Below, in pieces: positions 57,787 through 64,000 of a DNA stretch of 64,000 bases. Numbering within the stretch: the stretch's first letter is position 1; every line of letters begins with the position of its first letter. Made by a program: the position numbers and the translations under genes. The notes beneath the pieces were generated by a model, which saw only the letters and a list, made by a program, of their open reading frames with translations, searched no databases and was not told the DNA's origin. The DNA is from a virus: IMG/VR virus record IMGVR_UViG_3300017650_000001, positions 1-64,000 of that record, one strand, 5' to 3'.

Positions 57787-58485
57787 TTATACCCGCTTCC
57801 ACCACCCACGCATGGGCGAAACAATGTAGCCACCGTGATGCAGTCGATGCAAAACAACATACACAGCTTTAACATTCATATCCAACTTTTCTGCAAGCTG
57901 CTTCGCATGAGCGGCTTTTCCATCCGAAGGAATCTCAGCCAAAAGTTGATAAGGTCGGGTTCCTGGCTTCAAAACCCAAGTAGGAGTGTGACGAGTCTCA
58001 TGCGAGACTTTCAAATCAGGAGCAGCGGCCAATTCTTGGATTGAATCTTGCACCTGTCGCGGGGTCGCTACGGTCCCAAATTCAACTCGAGAAGTAACCG
58101 TCACACTTGAAAGTTTACCCTCAAGATCTCTGATCTGACTTTGCAGATCAAAAACAAGATCACACAAAGTTTCAAAATCTTTGTGGTGAATACTTTCTTG
58201 AGCAGCGACGGGAATTCGTGGAGCTTTCGGCAAAGACATTGCTTTGTCAAAAGATGTTGGCTCTTTAAGAGTAACCCCATCCTCTTTTAGAAATTGACGG
58301 AGTTGAGATCGAGCATTCATTCCAGCGCGCCAGTCGCTGGATGTTCTTGATGTGAACAATTGACGAAGTCGACTTCCGACTTGCCAAACAACTGCAAGAT
58401 GCTTCCCTCGATCCGACACTGTACCCTCAATGCCGTATTTATCAAGTTCATCAAGCAGAAGATCTGTTATCTCGTTCCTTGACAT
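57787..58485 (-). CDS. HicA-like N-domain plus coiled coil and C-terminal winged HTH
   Basis: RGKHLAV...SRTSSDWRAGMNARSQLRQ; AKQLAEKLDMNVKAVYVVLHRL...GYI..RGWW. Confidence 0.45.
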   Translation of the reverse strand: MSRNEITDLLLDELDKYGIEGTVSDRGKHLAVVWQVGSRLRQLFTSRTSSDWRAGMNARSQLRQFLKEDGVTLKEPTSFDKAMSLPKAPRIPVAAQESIHHKDFETLCDLVFDLQSQIRDLEGKLSSVTVTSRVEFGTVATPRQVQDSIQELAAAPDLKVSHETRHTPTWVLKPGTRPYQLLAEIPSDGKAAHAKQLAEKLDMNVKAVYVVLHRLHHGGYIVSPMRGWWKRV

Positions 58486-58514
58486 GTAGTCTCCTTGCTT
58501 ACGGTAGCAGGACT

Positions 58515-58546
58515 ACTATAGCGGTTTGTTTATTCAATTGCAAGCA
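58515..58546 (-). promoter_or_regulatory. Early promoter copy 8 (TTGCAA-N17-TATAGT)
   Basis: Minus strand TGCTTGCAATTGAATAAACAAACCGCTATAGT. Confidence 0.75.
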
Positions 58547-58548
58547 TT

Positions 58549-60090
58549 TTATTTACCACGTATAATAGCTTCGAACAAATCTCCACCCTCTTTGTGGAAT
58601 TGCAAAATCTGCTCATCAACAGTCCCACGCATCAACAAATCATAGATAAAAACGGTAGAATGTTCTGAATGCTGGCGTTCAACACGACGCTGACACTGTT
58701 TACGCATCAAAGCAGAGACAGGACTCTCGTAAAAGAATCCATATTTTGCCACTTGAATATTGAGTCCTGCTCCCATCTTGTTCTGTAATAACAATACGCG
58801 CGTCTTTGGATTCTTCATAAACTGACGCTTAGCTGCTTCAACATCTTTGGTTTTTCCGTAGATGATTTCAGCACCAATTTTCAATTTCTTGAGTTCCTTA
58901 AGGATGCGCTCCCCACTGAAGTTAAACTCGAAGAATACAATTGATTTGTGTTGTTGATACACCGTCTGCAGAATAGAAGTCAGCAACTCAAGCTTGGGGT
59001 TATCAGGGAACTCAATCTTTGCTTTTTCACCAGTCTCATCGTCTTCAAATCCGATAAAACCAGAAGATATCTGACGCATTCGAACGAATGCATTTTGACT
59101 TTCTTGGAAGTTTCCACGTGCAGCAACAAGAGTATCTTTGAATCGCTGGTAGTAGGTATCAGCATCTGTTCCCAATGAAATATACTTTGGGACAAGGACG
59201 CATTCAGGAAGTGATCCCTCATCAGCTGGAAAGGATATTGATTGATTTGCGATAAACTGATTCAGCAAACTCTTCTGTTTTTTACTGAACTTGTATTCCG
59301 GCATCCCGCTGAAATAATTGATAGATTCATTACAGAAAATAGAACGAAATAGACCTAATGTCTCTCCTAGAGTATACCCACCGTCAATCAGGAACATTTG
59401 CGACCACAGCACTGTAGGATCGCGGTTGAATGGAGTTCCTGTCAATTCAAAGAAAACTTCAGATGTTTTAGACAGTTGCCGACAAACACGAAAGGGCAAA
59501 GCTTGGTGGTTACTCAGAGCTACAGATTCATCGCAAACAACACCTTGAAAATGCTTTTGTAGTTTCTTGATTTTCTTGCTGCTTATGACAAAACGATTCT
59601 TCCCTTTTTTGTTGGGCTCAACATCACAAACCATGTTGAAAAGGCCAGCATAAGTCTCAACAACAAAAAGATGATTTGACGTTTCTAACGTTGACCACTT
59701 CTTTTCAATTTCGCTGGGAAGGACAAGATAGGAGGAATTGGGAGAATGCTTAACAAGTTCGTCCGGCCACTCAACCTTGTTTGGTCGATTCGGGACCAAA
59801 ATCAAACAATGTTTCAGTATTCCCAATCTACGGAAGTAACGCACAAGAGCAATAGAAAGAAGACTCTTTCCTGTACCCGTATCATTCAAAAACATGAATC
59901 GTTGCGTTTCCGCACCGATGATAAAACATACCTTTTGAAGATAAGTCAGTTTATAATAGATGGGAGGCTGCACAGGAAGCTTGAGCATCCGCGCATCAAG
60001 TTCGTCTTCCGTTAGGTTTTTGTACTCACGGAAGTCAACACGAGGGCGCTCTAGAAATGCTTTCTTTGCACTATGTGCTATGATACCCAT
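58549..60090 (-). CDS. SNF2-like SF2 helicase
   Basis: DTGTGKS, CDES, LTGTP, RQISSG, NPKL, GLNIQ, Q..RVER. Confidence 0.85.
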   Translation of the reverse strand: MGIIAHSAKKAFLERPRVDFREYKNLTEDELDARMLKLPVQPPIYYKLTYLQKVCFIIGAETQRFMFLNDTGTGKSLLSIALVRYFRRLGILKHCLILVPNRPNKVEWPDELVKHSPNSSYLVLPSEIEKKWSTLETSNHLFVVETYAGLFNMVCDVEPNKKGKNRFVISSKKIKKLQKHFQGVVCDESVALSNHQALPFRVCRQLSKTSEVFFELTGTPFNRDPTVLWSQMFLIDGGYTLGETLGLFRSIFCNESINYFSGMPEYKFSKKQKSLLNQFIANQSISFPADEGSLPECVLVPKYISLGTDADTYYQRFKDTLVAARGNFQESQNAFVRMRQISSGFIGFEDDETGEKAKIEFPDNPKLELLTSILQTVYQQHKSIVFFEFNFSGERILKELKKLKIGAEIIYGKTKDVEAAKRQFMKNPKTRVLLLQNKMGAGLNIQVAKYGFFYESPVSALMRKQCQRRVERQHSEHSTVFIYDLLMRGTVDEQILQFHKEGGDLFEAIIRGK

Positions 60091-60118
60091 AAAACCTAAT
60101 CAGAAGCTTGATGATGCT

Positions 60119-61558
60119 TTAATCAGCATCGTCGCTACCATCGCCGCTATCATCGTCATGCATTTGCTCTAGCAGCTTCGCATACGAGTCATCAAGGCGG
60201 ATAGATTCCAATACGAACTGTCCTGCTTTATAAGTTTGCGTGATCAAAACACCAAACTTGTCACTCTCAGATCGAGCTTTATCAACAAACAAACGCGCTA
60301 AGCCTAAGGCTTTCTCAGCCGCTGTTTGGGAATAGGTAAGAACGAAATCAGCCGAGCCAATAACAGACCAAGCTTCAGAAGCATGAGTCGCTCGTACCAA
60401 TTCAGCACTTGCTGATTCGCGATTGCCTTGATGTGCAGCTACAAGAGCAAAATTACGTCGCTGAGAAAGACCGCGTAGATCTTCAATCAAAGTTCCTAGC
60501 GATATGCGTAGATTCTTTTCATCAGTTTTCATGATTCCCGGGTAGTCTAAGATAACCATATCCGGGACAAAGTTGTCCAAAGCTTCTAGCGATTCAAGGT
60601 AAGCTTCTAGTTGATTCATCGTCAACGATCGCATCGGGAAACGTTTGACGATCAAATTCTCAGCACGAGTTCCAAAATGTTTGATTCGAGTATTGAGTTC
60701 CTCTCGAATAGCAGGAGAACTAAAGGTAAAGGGAACCTCAACAGTTTGACTAACAAACTGGTCAAGATTACCTTTTCGATCAAGCTTCAGCGTAGTGATT
60801 TTATTGAGATCATCACGTTTGGTAACCCCAAACAAAGCTTGATAGTAACGCTGGATAACTTCTTCGCTTTCTATTTCAAGCGAAATATGAACAATCTTCT
60901 TGCGCTGCAAGTAGGCCATCTTGCCCACTTCAATCAAGAACCAAGTTTTGCCTAAACCTGTAGGTGCAAGAATGAAATATATCTTCCCGCGCATGGGAAC
61001 GATATTTGCTTCGTCAAGGACGCGAATGCCTGTCTTGAATTCGTTTTGAGAGGTCGATAAAAACTCAAGGACGCGATCGATTTCACTTAGACGTATACCA
61101 CGATCCAGTGTGATATCGCGATCACGCAAGAACTTGCTGATGAGAACTTCAGCATTGCCATTTCCATGAATACCTTCAGCATCGAGGATTTCAGCTGCTT
61201 CAACAATAACGGATTTGAATTGCTGATGTCGAATGAACTGAGTCATCGAACGCAGAACAAACTCCGTATTGATCTGGTCTTTCATCTCCATCATTTGGAC
61301 CAGAATACGGGTAAAGGTTTGAGCGCGACGATCGCGCTTATCCTCCAAAATATCTGAGAGCAAATCAGCAACGTGTTGCTTGGGCGCTACTCCGTACTGT
61401 TGCCAAAACGGCAAAGCACGATCAACAATTGTTCTGTAGTCGCCTTCAAACAACAAAGAACTTACCGTCTTAGCAACAGTCTTTCCGTGCTTGTCGTCAT
61501 GCACCAACAAAGTAATCAAGTCTTGCTGGAGCGATATCGCGAATTTTTCTTGTATCAT
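60119..61558 (-). CDS. Replicative DnaB-like helicase
   Basis: APTGLGKT, ISLE, ILDYP, AHQGNR, SEA..ADF, KAR. Confidence 0.85.
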   Translation of the reverse strand: MIQEKFAISLQQDLITLLVHDDKHGKTVAKTVSSLLFEGDYRTIVDRALPFWQQYGVAPKQHVADLLSDILEDKRDRRAQTFTRILVQMMEMKDQINTEFVLRSMTQFIRHQQFKSVIVEAAEILDAEGIHGNGNAEVLISKFLRDRDITLDRGIRLSEIDRVLEFLSTSQNEFKTGIRVLDEANIVPMRGKIYFILAPTGLGKTWFLIEVGKMAYLQRKKIVHISLEIESEEVIQRYYQALFGVTKRDDLNKITTLKLDRKGNLDQFVSQTVEVPFTFSSPAIREELNTRIKHFGTRAENLIVKRFPMRSLTMNQLEAYLESLEALDNFVPDMVILDYPGIMKTDEKNLRISLGTLIEDLRGLSQRRNFALVAAHQGNRESASAELVRATHASEAWSVIGSADFVLTYSQTAAEKALGLARLFVDKARSESDKFGVLITQTYKAGQFVLESIRLDDSYAKLLEQMHDDDSGDGSDDAD

Positions 61559-61962
61559 TTGTAAGTCATATCCAAGACGCGTCGACAAGTCTCGATCAAT
61601 TCAAAGAGTTTAGGAGCACGTTTTGGCAATTGAGCCAATCCTGTCCCTATCCCATCCTGCGGCCAAACAATCAAACGCCCTGCCGTAGCTTCGTTATAAA
61701 CCCGGAGGATATCCGGCATCATAATGAAGAAAACATGACTGTAATCACGATCCGAGAAGAAAGCATCGGGATTATTAGACGGATACCATTTTGTCACGAT
61801 GCCGATCGCATTAGGCTCGCCTCGCATTTCAGCAGCCTGACCACCCAATCCACGACGCTCTACGTTATCACCGAAGACAAATATGTCATCCGGGAATCTC
61901 TGGAGCATCTTTCGTGTAACAAATTTCTCGTATCTCAGAATCTTTCTCTGACAAGAGATCAT
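61555..61962 (-). CDS. Conserved phage protein
   Basis: IFVFGDN..R.G.GGQA..RGEPNAIGI.TK; GIGTGLA.L. Confidence 0.65.
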   Translation of the reverse strand: MISCQRKILRYEKFVTRKMLQRFPDDIFVFGDNVERRGLGGQAAEMRGEPNAIGIVTKWYPSNNPDAFFSDRDYSHVFFIMMPDILRVYNEATAGRLIVWPQDGIGTGLAQLPKRAPKLFELIETCRRVLDMTYK

Positions 61963-62283
61963 ACTGCTTCACAGGCTCCCAACAATGGCACCAACTACCA
62001 TCCTTATTCACCAGTCTATATTGAAATTGATCCCAAAGAATCTTTCGCAGGATGGGTGGACATTTCCATTCACAGTATCCTGTTGGATAACCTCCAATAT
62101 CACTATGATTTGATGTATCTATGTAAGCTGGGCTTTTGTAGTTTTTGCAGTAAGCTCGACCGAATTCTTTGCCTTGAATCTGACATTCACAACGGTCCAA
62201 CTTGCAGGTTGAATTCCATTCTTCTTCTTTCGAAGTGTAGTGGACACATGTTCCGCATTTACGCGGACCTCGATTAGGTGCAC

Positions 62284-62673
62284 TCACAGGGACATCCGAG
62301 TCAAAAGTCCAAGCTTTTCAGATGACTTGTTGAACTTAGCTACGAGGGCGGCGTTAAGATCAATGCCTTGATGAATAGCTATCAAGTCGATACATATCAA
62401 AACATCAGCCAATTCTTCTGCAAGAGCATCGTTCGTAGTCCGTGATCCGGCAAGACCAAGGGCTTCTCGATCCAATTTCTTGATATGGTTTGAAGCACGA
62501 CCGCCCGCAGAAGCGATTGCTGCGGAGTAACCTAATAAATCGATGATAACCTCGATGGCCTCTCCAAGCTCCCCAAAAGCCTCATTTCCTTTGAATGAAA
62601 GCGAAAGTTCTCCTTTGGAATCCCACTCTTTCTGACGTGCTAGATTAGCTTCTCGTAAATCTCTGAACATCAA
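62284..62673 (-). CDS. MazG-like nucleotide pyrophosphohydrolase
   Basis: GELGEA, KK, EELADVLI, KFN. Confidence 0.8.
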   Translation of the reverse strand: MMFRDLREANLARQKEWDSKGELSLSFKGNEAFGELGEAIEVIIDLLGYSAAIASAGGRASNHIKKLDREALGLAGSRTTNDALAEELADVLICIDLIAIHQGIDLNAALVAKFNKSSEKLGLLTRMSL

Positions 62674-63491
62674 GCAATACTCGCATACAGTTGCATTTGT
62701 AACGTTAAATACACTCCCTTTCGTAGAGCATATTTTGCTGCATAGTTGTGATTAATACGGTTCTTCTCACGATCAAGGATGTTGTCATCCCAAGCCGAGA
62801 TAACTTCATCTACCGTTGAACGATAATCGAGGTCATGCTCACGACGCTCTTTGATACGATCACGAGCTTTCTGCAAAAACTCTTCCCGATACATATTCAT
62901 CGGACTGATATAAATAGGTTTGTCAGTCGCGCGTTGCCACTCAAAAGCCCATGCTGGAATTGAGTGGTAGGGACTTTCAATATCTGCAGATACAACAAAC
63001 TTAAGGCAGGATGCTATTTCGAGCGTCTTTTTGTTTGGCTCGTAATACTTATGAGCCCGCTCATTGCACTTGGGTGATACAACGATTTGCGTAGCGCTGG
63101 GAAGTCGATTGATCGGTAAAATTCCGTTGGTTTCAATTTGTGTGTATTTAACACCCAGCGCATGACAGTTCAACAAGAAATCAGCGATGTTTTCTTGCAG
63201 GGAGGGCTCACCTCCAGTAATTACGATGCCACATTTTGATAGCGTCCCATATTGGGTTCGAATCATCCCAATTGCGCGTGTCAGCAAAGCATGATGCGTA
63301 AACCAGTTGCCCTCGTCAAAGAAGGTGTCGCACATCGCGCAACGAAGCTGGCACCCTGTCAATCGAATGAATAAAGCAGGTTGTCCTTGGAATGGACCTT
63401 CACCTTGTAGTGTTAGAAAAATCGATGTCACAAGAAGGCTGTCTGCTTCTTTGTAGTCTGATCGACCATAGACCCGATTGGTCCCAAACAT
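62670..63491 (-). CDS. queE: 7-carboxy-7-deazaguanine synthase (radical SAM)
   Basis: TLQGEG, FIRLTGCQLRCAMCDT, ITGGEP, IETNG, VSPK. Confidence 0.93.
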   Translation of the reverse strand: MFGTNRVYGRSDYKEADSLLVTSIFLTLQGEGPFQGQPALFIRLTGCQLRCAMCDTFFDEGNWFTHHALLTRAIGMIRTQYGTLSKCGIVITGGEPSLQENIADFLLNCHALGVKYTQIETNGILPINRLPSATQIVVSPKCNERAHKYYEPNKKTLEIASCLKFVVSADIESPYHSIPAWAFEWQRATDKPIYISPMNMYREEFLQKARDRIKERREHDLDYRSTVDEVISAWDDNILDREKNRINHNYAAKYALRKGVYLTLQMQLYASIA

Positions 63492-63492
63492 T

Positions 63493-63969
63493 TCAGATAC
63501 CTTTCACAACCTTGGTCAGCAAGCCAGCGGCAGCATAACCCGGAAAATGACGATTCAGAGTCGCAGGAATACGATGCAGTTGCTGTAGCACGGTATGTGC
63601 ACTGATAGTGACATTCTGCCAATGAAGCAAATCGTCAAACAGAAGGCTGATAGCAAGGCGTAAAATGCGCTCCTGCACTAGCTTTGATGATGATATCTGT
63701 TCGAAGAATTGAGACAGCGATGCAACCTTCTCTTTCGAAGATGCATACGCAGAGCTTTTCCGGAGCATATTGTAACTAGGCGTGTCAACATGCTTCTTAC
63801 GCAAAACATCGACGACCGCGACTAGAACACGATCGCCGAAATCTTGCTTACCTGAAAAATCGGTTCGAATATTAGAGAGTATTTTTATTCGATTTGACAG
63901 GTCTTTAATCTGTGGAGCGGTCAAAGAAGTTAAACCTTTGACCCACTCGCGGTATTGTTCGTCATTCAC
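63493..63969 (-). CDS. Hypothetical protein
   Basis: 158-aa ORF coupled to queE; FPGY motif. Confidence 0.55.
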   Translation of the reverse strand: MNDEQYREWVKGLTSLTAPQIKDLSNRIKILSNIRTDFSGKQDFGDRVLVAVVDVLRKKHVDTPSYNMLRKSSAYASSKEKVASLSQFFEQISSSKLVQERILRLAISLLFDDLLHWQNVTISAHTVLQQLHRIPATLNRHFPGYAAAGLLTKVVKGI

Positions 63970-64000
63970 TTCTTGGTAGCGCGTTTCTTCTTTGGAGTGT

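Noticed and set aside
27984-58546. TGCTTGCAATTGTA repeats as a CRISPR array or mobile-element ends
   Set aside because: Copies are kilobases apart, orientation follows the genes, spacing fits promoters, and no cas or transposase gene is present
1-64000. tRNA genes, integrase or att sites
   Set aside because: No cloverleaf with a T-loop consensus and no recombinase motifs seen by eye; a tRNAscan/ARAGORN run would be needed to exclude them fully

Overview
About 64 kb of a tailed dsDNA phage genome (P22/podovirus-like head module; host most plausibly an alphaproteobacterium, inferred only from promoter style and gene families). No integrase, tRNA or CRISPR array was recognised. Layout: (1) 1-22 kb, minus strand: adaptor, virion proteins, major capsid, scaffold, GroES, portal, TerS, TerL and two fibre/spike genes, interleaved with small accessory genes. 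(2) 22-27.8 kb: small minus-strand hypotheticals. (3) 28-34.3 kb: a plus-strand early/host-takeover island (amidoligase, GGCT, ArfA-like gene) containing an antisense NusG/RfaH paralogue. (4) 34.3-64 kb, minus strand: replication/recombination genes (UDG-fused PolA, beta-clamp, DnaX, RecA, UvsY, SSB, primase, helicases) mixed with a complete but dispersed 7-deazaguanine pathway (folE, queD, queE, queC, queF, DpdA/TGT-like) and terB/terC. Strongest non-obvious signals: most of the longer intergenic gaps hold structured, often pseudoknotted RNA leaders (queC, sigma-like gene, folE, terC, terB, capsid operon); an ArfA-like gene whose terminator falls before its stop codon; eight copies of a promoter/operator motif; a PolA with an altered steric gate; and a beta-helix spike with a Sec signal peptide. 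All calls come from motif reading by eye; no database searches or folding programs were run.
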